From NCBI GenBank assembly GCA_013239625.1, contig MU053431.1, positions 2,258,485-2,322,484 on the forward strand: DNA of 64,000 bases, read 5' to 3'. The notes under the pieces were generated by a model. It was not told the DNA's origin and ran no database searches. It saw only the letters and a program-made list of their open reading frames with translations. Positions within the stretch are counted from its first letter, which is position 1. The number at the start of each line of letters is the position of its first letter. The DNA is from Lama guanicoe. Its lineage: Eukaryota. The position numbers and the translations under genes are program-made. This document shows positions 53,151-64,000 of the stretch, one piece after another.

Positions 53151-55159
53151 ACTGAATTGCCACGGTCACCAAGCCTTGCAAGTTCGCCGAGTGCCGGGGG
53201 GTCCCCCAGGCAGCCTGAGGACCCGTGGGCCAAGAGCCAGCTGGACACAGAGAGGCAAAGCACAGCGCCCAAGGCCACAGAGCAAGGAGGCCGGGCTTGC
53301 AGCTGGCTCGGAGGGCCTGACCCAGGCCCCTGTTACTTCCAAACGAGCCCTCCAGGGACCCACCCGGGCTCTGCCCCTCCCCAAGGTCAGGCTCCGCCAC
53401 CCCAGCCACAGCGGCTTTCTCCCACGTCTGAGCCAATGGTCACAGCGGCCCCAAGCAGCCCAGGGCACGGGCGGTGGAATGGGGGGGGGTCCAGCCAACC
53501 AGGCTAGGGCAGCCTCCCAGCACGAAGGGTGCAGGCCCCGCCCCACCTCCTTGGCCCCGCCCCGGTAGCTCCCAGGCCCAGCCGCGAGCGGTTAGGGGCA
53601 ACACAGGCAGCCCCCTCTTGGCTGGACTGCGGGGGTTTCACGAGCCTGGGGAAAGAAGATCCAGCTAAAATTAACCGTTATCAAGCTGTCAGCCCTGGAA
53701 ATAAACCCGCCTTCCATTGGCTACGAGTGATGTCACCGCGGACCAGGTTAATAATAACCTGCCAATGCAGAGCTTTCTACCTGTGCCGCCTTCCTGGGGG
53801 CCGTGGCCAGCAGGTGGGGCTTGGGGGCGGGGTGTCTCAGAATGACCTCACCTCTGGCCTTGGGCCGCGGGCTGCCCTCTGACCCCTAAGCATCAGGTGC
53901 ACATCCTCACATGTGGGTCAGTCTCCCAGCCTGCCTGGGCAGCAGGATCTCAGATGGCCTCAGAGGCACGTTCCCTGCCCCCAGCTCTCCAGCCCAGGGG
54001 TCTGAGCTGCCCTTGAGGCAGAAAATTAAGTGGTCTCCATGGCAAAGAAGAGCTCTTGGCTATAGAGCTGCCCTCAGAAAAGCGAGGTCACGACCCCTAA
54101 TCAGAGAAGGGGGGCTGGGCTGGGTGGGGCGGGGCCATGTGCACACTAGCTGGACCCAAGGCCAGTCAAGGCTGCACAGCCTGCCGGCGCTGTGCTCAGT
54201 CCCTGGACCAAATGAAATGGGGAGTTGGGGTGACTTACTGGACAATCCAGGCTCCCAAATACTCCACCCTCCCAGACACAGTGTCTGGGAGGGTATGAGG
54301 CCGACCTGAGTCACCTAGGGAAGGAGGCCTGGAGAGGGGCTCACAGCTCCTCAGAGAGGGGGAGGGGCTGCCTGGCCTGCCCCACCCCCAGCCGCGCTGG
54401 GGCCACCTGTACCTGCAGTGCTGAAGGAGTAGGTGGCCCCTGCGGGCTCCTCCCCAGGCCCTCACCCCACAGGAGCCCTCAGATGTCTGAGTGCAGCCCT
54501 GCTCACAACCACAGGCCGCCACCGGCTTCTAGGGAGCAGAGAGGGGGTCTGGTGGGCCGGCGCCCAGGGCCAGGGGCTCCAGCCTGGAGCTAAGAGGAAG
54601 GAGCGGCCAGGCTCCCCATTTGGTCCATTGCAGGCTGGGAGGCCAACCAGAGGTGGGGGTGGGGGTGGGGATCAGCCTCAGGGGCCAAGAAGGGACAGGC
54701 GAGCTCCTCCTGCGGCTGGATCCAGATGCCCTGGCACTGGCACCGCCCTGGAGCCCTGGAGTGGGGGAGGCGAGGCCTCAGCACTCAGCCAGCCTCCCCA
54801 CCCCCAAGTTCAAGGGGTGCATCTCCAGGCAGGAGTTGCCCAGGGGAACGTGAAGCTCGTTAGCATCTCCCAGCCCGTGTTTTCTCCTCTCTGAACGGAG
54901 CTCCCCTCAACTGGGCATTTGGGAATAACCCGGCCTGGGGAGCCCCACAGACGCTGGGGCCTCTTGGGATGGGCTGATGCCAGAGATGGCGGGCGGGGCA
55001 AAGGATGGGAGGGAGACTGAGGGGGACAGTGCCCCAGCTTGTCCCTGAACAGACCTAGAGACCTACAAATGTGCCCCACTCCCAAGTCGGGAAACAGCCC
55101 CGCCCTCCCGCCCTTGAGAGCACCGCTACCCTGGCTCCTGCCGCGCAGACAGCGCCGCC

Positions 55160-57700
55160 TGCTTGAGCGCTGCGGGGATAGTGTGCATGGTGTGTATCCT
55201 CTGGGCGGTTTCCCTCACCTGCCATCATGCTGACGGCTGTGCCCAGGCTGCTGCGCTGGGGAGCTGTTAGTTTATTTTTGCTGCTGGGTGTCATTCCACT
55301 TCCAGCTTGGGGCTACAGCCAATAAAGCTGCTCGGAACCTCCCTGCGTCCCACCTGTGTGCGTATTTCCATTTGCCGCACACACAGCTGTATGTACATCA
55401 CGCCAGTCTGCCATTCACTGCCTCTTGGCTGTAAGATCCCCCTGTGATACCTGGTCAGTGACACCGAACAAAGTCATGGTGGGCATTCCTCCTTTACAGC
55501 GAGCAGGTCTGTTTTCGCAGAGCAGGCAATGACAGGGTGAATTTGCAGCCAAGAGGAAACGGATAGCTGGTGTTCTTCCTCGACAAAGAGGAAATTGTCC
55601 TATTGTTTTGCATGTCTGACGATTTGGGGCTGCATACTGAGCATCCTGTGAAGACCCCGGTCCCGACTCCTCCGGACTCCTTGGGAGACCGCTGCTTCGC
55701 GTCCCAGCGGCTGTTTGTGCTCATGCGCTGCTGCTGACCTGGGAACCTCGAAGTGCCTCCCAGGCCCTCGACTCGGTGACACTCAGACTCCAGTCTCTGC
55801 CCCCGCAAAGCTCTCTGCGGGACTCAGCTGTAACTTTCTTCGGTCGGGCCCGGGGTAGGCGTTGCTCTGGGTTGTAGCCTTTGCTCCTAAGAAGTAAGCA
55901 AGCAGGTCTCTCCCCTCTGGCTGGGCCCGAGCGTGCGGGCTGCCGCGTACGCGTCGTCGTTCGGTTGTACCACCGTCTCGTCACCACTTTCCAGTTGATG
56001 GGCATTCGAGTCGTTTCTGCTTTTTAGCTAGGAGGGACGGTGCTGCCACGCCAGTCCTGTCCGAGCTTTCTCGCTGGGTATCTGTTCGTCTTTCCCGGGT
56101 GGACATCTAGGAACAAAACTCCTGGGTCTTTTGGTGCCTGTGACCTTTCAAGAAACTGCCAGACGGCTTCCCACAGCGGCTGCACCTTTTCACGTCCCCG
56201 GCGGCCGGGCGGGAGGGCTCCAGCACCTCCACAGCCTCACCGGCACTCGCGACTGGTCTGTGCTTTTGATCAGAGTTCATCTGTGAGTGTGAAGTGGCGT
56301 CTCGCTGTGGTTTGATCTGCATTTCCCTGAAGACTGACGATGCTGAGCGTCGTTCCGCACGTGTGGCCATCTGTGTACCTCCTCTGGAGAAGCGTCCGTT
56401 CGGACCCTTAGCCCGATTCTAAGTGGCTTGCTTATTCTCTCAGCACTGAGCTTTGAGGGCTCTTTGTGTCTTCCGGATACAAGTCCTTTGCAAGTATTTT
56501 CTCCCCGTCTGTGGCTTGTCTTTTTATTTACTTAACAGCCATTCATAGTACCAAAGCTTTCAATTTTGATGAAGCCCGATGCACCCACCTTTTTTCTTGC
56601 GTGGGATGATCCACTGACACTGGCAAACCCCCAGGTTTAGGACCTACGGCTTCAAAAATTTCGCTGAGATTTTTATCAAAACTGTATGAAATCTGGACGT
56701 CAGTTTGGAGGGAACGGGTGTCTGTTCTGCTGTGTTTCCACTCACTTAGGCCTTCTTTGATTTCTTTCATTAGCAGTTAGTTCTCGGTGTGCGGACCCTA
56801 GACATGTTTTGTTAGGTTTATACTTAAGTGTTTCATAGCAGAGGGTAGCCATTATAAACGGTATTTTTAAAATTTCTGCTTCTCACTGTAAATCACTAGT
56901 GTGTAAGGACACGGTTGGTTTTTGTGTGCTGACTTTGTATCTTGCTAATCTCATTTGCTCAGTTAGTCTTTTTGTGGGTTCCTTGATGACGGGCCACCAT
57001 GTTGTCTGTGAAGAGGCACAGTTTCGTTCCTCACTTTTGATCTATGTGCCCCCTGTGTCTTTCTCTTGCCCCACCGTACTGCCTAAGGCTTCCGGGGGGT
57101 GCTGGGTAAGCCTAGCGAGAGAGCCCCGCCCCGGGGAGGGAGCCTGTCTTTCTCCTTCAAGCACACGTGGCCTTGCTCACTGGGAGCTGGCTGGTGTGAG
57201 CTCTCCACTGACGCTCTTTACAAGATCGAGGACGCCCTTTTCCCTTCCTGGCTTGCTGAGTTTTCATCGTGAGTGGGCCTACCAAAGCTCATTGCCCATC
57301 ATTTGACAGGCGTGCTCACGGCTGCCAGCTGGTGCATTTCCACAAGCACTGCTTTAAAGCCTCCGTCGGGTCCCCGCAGCGTCAGGGTTCGTCCCTCCAG
57401 TGCCACTTCCTGGGGTTTTCCTGGTGCTTTTATGCCGAGCGATTTAGCTCTTATCCCGAAGTTCAGTGTTTCTGAAGAGTGAACACTTTGTGGTTTGCTG
57501 TACACCTTGAGCTGAATTCCAGGGCACTGAGATGCTCGTTTCTGACGGTTTCTCCAAGGCTCCTATTTGCTTTTCGGAGAGGGAGTTTTTTGACCTCCTC
57601 ACTCCTTCGTGCTGGGAATCTGTAGTATCCCTTACTACACGACTCACCTTTTCCTGCTCAGGGCTGATCTCCCTTAGCCACTGGGGACGCAGTGGGTCCA
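55160..57700 (-). mobile_element. Old L1 (L1MC/ME-like) ORF2 and 3' UTR fragments
   Basis: Relic ORF2 peptides in the ORF track (FREMQIKPQRD ~ IREMQIKTTMR; MKEIKEGLSEWK ~ LKEIKEDLNKWK); gtggtttgatctgcatttccctga; aagaaactgccagac. Confidence 0.9.
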
Positions 57701-60700
57701 AGCCTGGCTCTCACAGATTTGACTAAACCAGCAGGAAAACCGTGAGGTCACCGCTGGTGGGAACAGCGCTGCAGCTGGTGACCACACCTGACCTCCACGG
57801 AGCGCCTGCTTTGAGCTGGGCCCTGGTCTACGTATCCACACCAAGCCCCACGAGTCACGCGCGTCCTGTCTCACAGACGAGGAAACTGTGGAGTGGCGGG
57901 GCCAGCTGCGGCTCCCCGAGGAACCTTCTGGCCGCACAAAGCGACCCCCGCGATGAGCTCTCATCAAGTACTAGTCAGTAGCTTCATTTCTTCTGAGAAC
58001 AGTGACATCACCGACAGAGGCTCAGCTCCTGCTCGAGGGCCCAGCCGCGGCTGTCACCCAGGGAGGCATCTTCTGACCCGAAGGTAGGGCGGGGCTGGGT
58101 GCCATCCTGATGGGAAACATCTCTGGCCCTCCCAAGGGTTTTCCTGTCCCCACTTCCCAGGTGGCTGGAGGCTCAGGTGCTACGTCCTGACCCCGGGCCC
58201 AGCCCTGCCCACCTTGAACCCCAGACAAGCCTCCAAGCACGCGGGCCACCATCCCTTCGGGGCCGGTGGAAGGCAAGGGCTGACCTCTCTCCCCTGAGCT
58301 CAGCCCGTGCCAGACCTTGTCGTTACCGCCCACTCTGAAGTAGCCCCCCTGAGGCGGGGCAGCCAGCGTGGGCAGGCGGGTTCCAGCCCAGGCCTCAGGG
58401 CTCCAGAGCCCGTCTTCCCCCAGGGCTAGAGCCATTCCTAGGAGAGCCAGCAAGACAGCGTCCCCGAGGTCAACTCAGCAACTCTGAGGACGCCAGACGG
58501 GTGTGTGGCCACCTTGGGGTCATCCCAGATGGTCCACACACAGGCTGGGGATGGACAAAGGGAACCTGAGACCCCGAAACCCCACCCCTTTCCCCACTCT
58601 CACCAGGACGTGCCCCCATCCCCCTCAAGACCGCTGACCCAGCTCTGGGGAGGGACTGGCAGAGCCCCCACCTTCCTAGCTTAGTACACGCAGCTTTTAC
58701 ATGTTCACTTAAAAAACCCTCTCTTCAGGTTGCCTGTTATTGAAGTCACCATCGGTGAGGCTGAGAGTGGGGGGGACTGGGGCAGGCTGGCCAAGCAGGC
58801 AGCTGGAAGGTGGCCTGGGAAGGTGGGAGACACACTCATCAGTGCGCCTTCAGGGAAGGTGTCCAGCCGGGAATGGTCTGCAGACGGCCCCACTGCCGGC
58901 TCCTTTAGGGCAGGCCTTGGCCACAGAGCCACCGTGCCCAGGGCTGCTTCCCCAGGGGGCCACATGGGGCCTCACGCAGGTCACCCCCGACGGCGGGCCA
59001 GCACCCGAGCTGACATGTCCCCCGACTGAGCCCTTTCCCAGGTGTGGGTCACCAACACACATCCTGCATCCCAGCCTCTGTCCCAGCCTCTGCTCCCAAG
59101 ACCTCAGCTTGTGACACTTGTGCAAGCAGGAGTCCCAGACGGGAAGTGGCCACGGGGGGTCACAGCCGAGTGCCCTGCCCGCCCAGGCTCCCTGACCGGG
59201 CCTGCCACAGGGTGACCCCGGCCTTGCCCTCAGCCCCGAGCACAGGCTCACTGGCTCTGCCCAGTGCTCAGACCCAGCACACGTCCGCGCCCAGCGCGGG
59301 GTGTCACGTGGCCTCAACAGGCTGGGGGAGCCCTGCCGGCTGGAGCCAGGGGAACTGGAGTGGAGAGAACAGAACTGAATTGAGGCGTGCCATGCTCTGA
59401 GCATGGAAGAGGCAGCAACTGTCCCCAGGAAGTGTCAGCTCCCAGGGAGGAGAGGACAGCCTGAGAACTCCTTCAGGTCTCTCTCACGAGGGTCCGAAGC
59501 TTCCAGTCCACCCAGGAGGTGAGCTCTGCCCAGGGCAGGGGCAGCAGGTGGAGAGGGCTCCATGGTTTCCTGAAGAACGGAGGAGGGGTGTCAGGATCCC
59601 AGCCACCCAGCACTTCCCTTCTCCCCAGCTGACCAGGCCTGAGCCAGGCCCAGGGAAGTGCCAGGAGGCAAGGCCTGGGTCCCACGAGGAGCAGGCGCTG
59701 GCTGTGGCTGCGTCAGTGTTGTCCCAGGGGCCCAGCACTGTTCATGAGCCCTGTGGGAGGAGAGGCTGCCGAGGCCCCAGGGGCAGGACCACCAGGCTGT
59801 GAGGCCCGCATGAGTGACTAGGGTGTCACAAGCTCACCCACCCCTGGGGAGCCACTGAGACATCTCCTCTGCTCCCTGCCAGCAGAGAGCGCCTGACTTC
59901 AACCTCCCCACACCCACAGCCCAGTGCACCAGGGCTCTCTCCAGTCCCAAGCCCCTCCCAGCAGAAGCCCTGGTGGCCCTCCTGCCCTGGTCAGGGGGTG
60001 CTAAGCTGACCCTGTTCTCCAGGGCAGACCCATGTCCCTGCTCTCTGTTCAGACCCTGCCATAGGATAAGTCTTTCCCAGGGGTCCCACCCCATCTGGGA
60101 TCTCACCTCCCATATTGCTGCTCCCCACTCCCCCCAGGGTACACTGCATCCGTCCCGCGGGCCCTCAGGAATGGCACCCGCCCTCATTTCCTGAGCTGTG
60201 CCCCATCCTGAGCAACCACGAGGCCAAGGATTCTGAGCAGACACCTCACCAAACCTTGCTTCCTGACAATATGAGCTGTCCATGGTCCTGGGCAGGCGCC
60301 TCACGCCGGCCTCTCCAGCTCCAGGCCCCGGAACCCCAGTCCTGTTGGAGGCACCAGCAAGGGGCATACCACAAGATGCCCACACACCTGGCCGCCAGCC
60401 ACGGGGACACGGGAGTCCAGGGAAGGGGTAGAGCCCTGTGGCTAAGGGTTCTTCAGAGCGAGACAAGACTAGAACATTCTTGCCAGAATGTCCCATCCTC
60501 CTGCTGTCAATTGCACTGACCAGTCTGCCTTATCAATGACCCCTCAGGGCCCCAGTGAGGAGGCCTGACTACCTGCCTGTCCAGCACACCTGCCGCCCTG
60601 CCCTTGCCCAGCTCTGAGCACTGGGTCTCAGAGTGTCTGTGCTGGCCCTGTCCCAGCGCCTCCTTGCTTGGCCCTCAGCTTAAGCCTGACACCCCGCCTC

Positions 60701-62879
60701 CTGTCCCTGCTCACCAAGGAGGGGCCCTGCCCTCTGGTCTGGCCCCTCTGCCAGAAGGAGCCCCCATCTGACTCCCCAAGCCACCCCCATGCCTGGCTGA
60801 GCTACACATACACAGAAGGTGCCTTGCCAACCCGAGGGCTGAGTGAACAGTGTGGTGCACGGTCCACGCAGGCCCAGTTTCACCCAGAGGCCCCCTTCAG
60901 TGCCCCTGCCTGGCTCTCCTGTCCTCACCACGAACTCACAAAGGCAGGTGCCGTTGGCCTCAGTGTCCTCAGCCTGGGGCGCACAACTGGTACCCAACCA
61001 CCCCAATCACCTTCGTGAACCACAAAACACGGAACCCAATCATGCTGCAAGCCCACTGGGGGCTGCCCCTCTCTGGGGGAGGGGTCTGATGCCCAGCATC
61101 TTGGGGGGGGGCATGAGGGGAAGATACTCGGGTACCAGGCAATTTGTCAGCTGAGGGGAGGGTGCCCTGTTGCCCATCCCAGGCAAGCATGTGGTCAGGG
61201 GCCGGCTGAGAGCTAAGACCAGAGGGGAGAGGCCACTCCACACAGCGGGCAGCTCTATGAGGCCCCTAGTAGAGTTGACGGCTGGAGCTAGCGTGAACCC
61301 AAATGGCCAATAACCCAGCCACATGGCCCTGGTGCATCTCATCCACTACCAAGCTCAGGGTTTGGTGAGTGTACGGGGGCAGGGGAGGGCAAATGGCAAG
61401 TGGTAAGAATTAAACTTGATTTTAAATTTAAGTAAAGTCATGATCCAGAACTAATGCCCTGGAGGGGCAGGAAGCCGGCCAGGGCACGGCTGTGGGTGAC
61501 TCTGGGAAGCGAAGGTCTCTGGCTGTGAAGTGGGGTTGAGGTGGGAGCAGTGGGGGGCCATGTGCCTCTCCTCTGAGGTCTGGCCTCACTTGAATGGGCC
61601 ACATCTCTCGCCGTGAGCACAGTTATCTTGGAGGCCCACGAAAGGCCCAGCTGGACAGGTGGCAGGGAGAGCCCCTGGAACTGTCCTTTTCCCTGTGACC
61701 AGCCAGGGTCCAGTCCGTGGGGACGCCAGGAAGAGATGGAGGACCAAAACTCACCTAGGCCAGGTAGCTCTCCTCTGAGGGTCCTCCCAGCCCCGCTGCT
61801 GCCCAAGGCAGGTCACAGTTAGAAGTCAGCAGCCTTGACCCACCACCCAGACCAATAAAGGGCCACATCCAGGGGCACCCAGATCCCTCCCCTCCTGGGG
61901 CCTTGGTTTTTTCGTCTGCTGAGTGAAAAGTCGGACTGAGGTGTGAAGTTATATAGAGCCCAGCCAAGAGGATTATGGGCTCTTCCTGGTGGCCCCCCTG
62001 AAGCCCCCACAGATCTCCCGAGACCTTCCCGACCACCAGGGCCGAGACTGCCCAGCCAGGGCCTAGCGACAAAGAGCCAGGGAGAGTGCAGGGAGACTTC
62101 CCCCCCTGCAGAGGGAGGCTGGGGCCTGGAGGAGGTTGTGCGGTGGAGGGGGTAAGCTGGTTTCCACACTGAAAAGGAAATCCTCCTCCTGACTGAAGAG
62201 GCAGGGTGTGGCAGGGCCCAAGCACAACAGGGAACATTCTGGGGTTGCCCAAACCAGAGGGCCTTACCTCCAGCTACTGGAGGCTTCTCCAGACAGCAGC
62301 TCTTTACCTCATCCACTGAAATAAGCCCCACTTTGCCTGCCCTGATTTCCACTCTCCCTCCCTCCCCCACGCCCCACGAGCAGCTGGATGCAGGCTGGAG
62401 CTGAGAACTGGGAGTGGGTTCCAGAACCCCCAGGGCTGTGAGGGGTCATGGGTGGTGGGTTCCGCAGCTTCCCACCCGCGGTGAAGTCCCTGAAGGGCTG
62501 GAAAGCTCAAGGCATGCAGCCTGTTCTGGGTACCACCGTGTGCCCGCGGGGGCTCACGTCTGGTTGGAGGGCTGAGCATGCAGAAGCAAAAACCCCCAAC
62601 CTGTCTTGGGTGAGAAGGGGCGGGCCCCATCCTCAGCGGAGAAGGCCAGAGCAGAGGGGCACTGCGGGGCCTCGGCCTGAAGGGCTCAGCCCAGGGCTGT
62701 GACAGCAGCAGAAAGGGACCAGAAACGCAGGGGCCATCGTCCAGCTGCTCGCCGCCCCCACAGAGCTGGAAAGGTGGGGGCAGGCTAGACCAGCTGGGGG
62801 CCAGGGCCCAAAGCAATGGCCAGAGCCCGGGAAGGGGGGTCCAGGAGGTGGGAGGGAGACAGGCTGTGCTCTAGGACTG

Positions 62880-63760
62880 GGGCGAGGGTCATTGAACTAC
62901 TCCAACTCCAGGCCACGCCAGGGGGCGCTGCCTCGGAAGCCCAGGTCTGACCGACGCCGCAGGACTGAACTTCCGCCGGCGCAGGCCGGCGAGAGCCAGG
63001 CCAAGGGGGCGGGGCAGGGAGGTGCTTGGGGCGGGGCCGAGCCGAGGCCTCGCAGGGGTCCTGGGCGGGGCCTGGATCGAGGCGGGGCCTGGGGGCCAGC
63101 TCGTCCCGCCCCCCGTGACGAGACTGCGGCGCCGCCGTATAAGGAGACGCGTCCGCGCGTGCGCGCCCCGCGCGTCTGGGTCGTGGAGCTGTAGCTCGCG
63201 GTCGCTTCTGTAGATGGGCTCCGTGGAGTAGCGTCCCCGTCCCCGCCACCTGTGATCGTGCGCCGAGGCCCACGAGGGGTCGCCGCCGAGGTGAGGAGCT
63301 GGGGCGGCGCGAGGGTGGGGTCGAGCGGCCCTCATGGGCGGCGCGGGCCGGCCCGTGCGCGACGGTGGCGGGGCGGGTCGCACGGCGGCCGAGAGGAGGG
63401 CAGGGCGGGCGGGGTCGGGGCCGCGGGCGGGCAGGGGCGGCGGGCCGGGCCCGGGACGCGGAGCTAGGGGCGCGCTGGCCGCTTCCACGAGCCCCAGGCC
63501 TGCGGCCCCGCGCACAAAGCGCCTTTGTTACCCCGCGCGGCCGGTTCGGGCTGGTTGGAACCGCCCGCGCGGAGAGGGCGGGCCGGGAGTTCCCGAGCCC
63601 CGCCTCGGTTGGGTAAACAAACCCAGCCTTTGTGCCCCGCCCCGGAGCCCGCGGGGCTGAGCCTGGCGTCCCGACCGGGCGGCTCAGCTCGGGTGGGGAG
63701 CGTCCCTCTCGACGGGCAGCGGTGACCAAAGGGGTTCCCCGACGGCGCCTTTGCAGGTTT
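62880..63760 (+). promoter_or_regulatory. PPDPF: PPDPF CpG-island promoter with TATA-like box
   Basis: GC boxes at about 63006, 63027 and 63081; TGACG half-CRE at 63116-63120; TATAAG at 63138-63143; dense CpG. Confidence 0.85.
63168..63290 (+). other. PPDPF: PPDPF non-coding exon 1 (start estimated from TATA +30)
   Basis: Ends at the donor GAG|gtgagg; the next acceptor is ttgcag| at 63756/63757. Confidence 0.65.
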
Positions 63761-63780
63761 CCACCAGCCCAAGCAAGATC

Positions 63781-63835
63781 ATGGCAGCCATCCCCTCCAG
63801 CGGCTCGCTCGTGGCCACCCACGACTACTACCGGC
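63781..63835 (+). CDS. PPDPF: PPDPF first coding exon (exon 63757-63835): MAAIPSSGSLVATHDYYR; gene continues beyond the window
   Basis: Recognisable PPDPF N-terminus; Kozak aagATCATGG; donor GGC|gtaagt; expected synteny with EEF1A2. Confidence 0.95.
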
Positions 63836-64000
63836 GTAAGTAAGCCCCTTGCTCGCCCCCTCCCCAGGTCTCACCCAGCCCGTGGCGGCAGCTCCAGTGT
63901 CTTGAGAACCCTTATCTGGGTGGGGAGTGAGCTGCTAAAGATCCCTGGCACTGGCCCTGTGCTGCCAGCAAAGCCAGCATTTGGCCTGGTGGGCAAGGGG

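Noticed and set aside
56107-56770. Coding potential of the L1 ORF2-like peptides
   Set aside because: Short, frameshifted relics of an ancient L1.

Overview
Very GC-rich, non-primate, non-rodent mammalian DNA carrying the conserved KCNQ2 - EEF1A2 - PPDPF block (human 20q13.33 synteny). Minus strand: KCNQ2 (Kv7.2) exons 2-10, all with canonical AG/GT ends and human-sized lengths. The exon 1 coding part falls inside a 332-nt N gap (30492-30823) in the promoter CpG island, and exons 11 onward lie left of the window. Also minus: a complete EEF1A2 gene (non-coding exon 1 plus 7 coding exons, 1392 nt, 463 aa, polyA signal 42556-42561). Plus strand: the PPDPF promoter, non-coding exon 1 and first coding exon. 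Repeats are ancient only (MaLR/MLT1, L1M, L2, MIR, MER20, MER53), and almost all long ORFs in the track are GC artefacts. I see no evidence of a wholly new gene system. Best novel candidates: (1) an in-frame, stop-free 108-nt cassette exon with strong splice sites in KCNQ2 intron 8; (2) a TACTAAC (branch-point/QKI motif) array 2.3 kb upstream of EEF1A2; (3) an exact duplicate, in-frame 5' splice site in EEF1A2 intron 3; (4) an F100L change in KCNQ2 S1; (5) a set of canonical and split REST sites and MEF2 sites around the two neuronal genes. Comparisons with human sequence and repeat consensi are from memory, not from a search.
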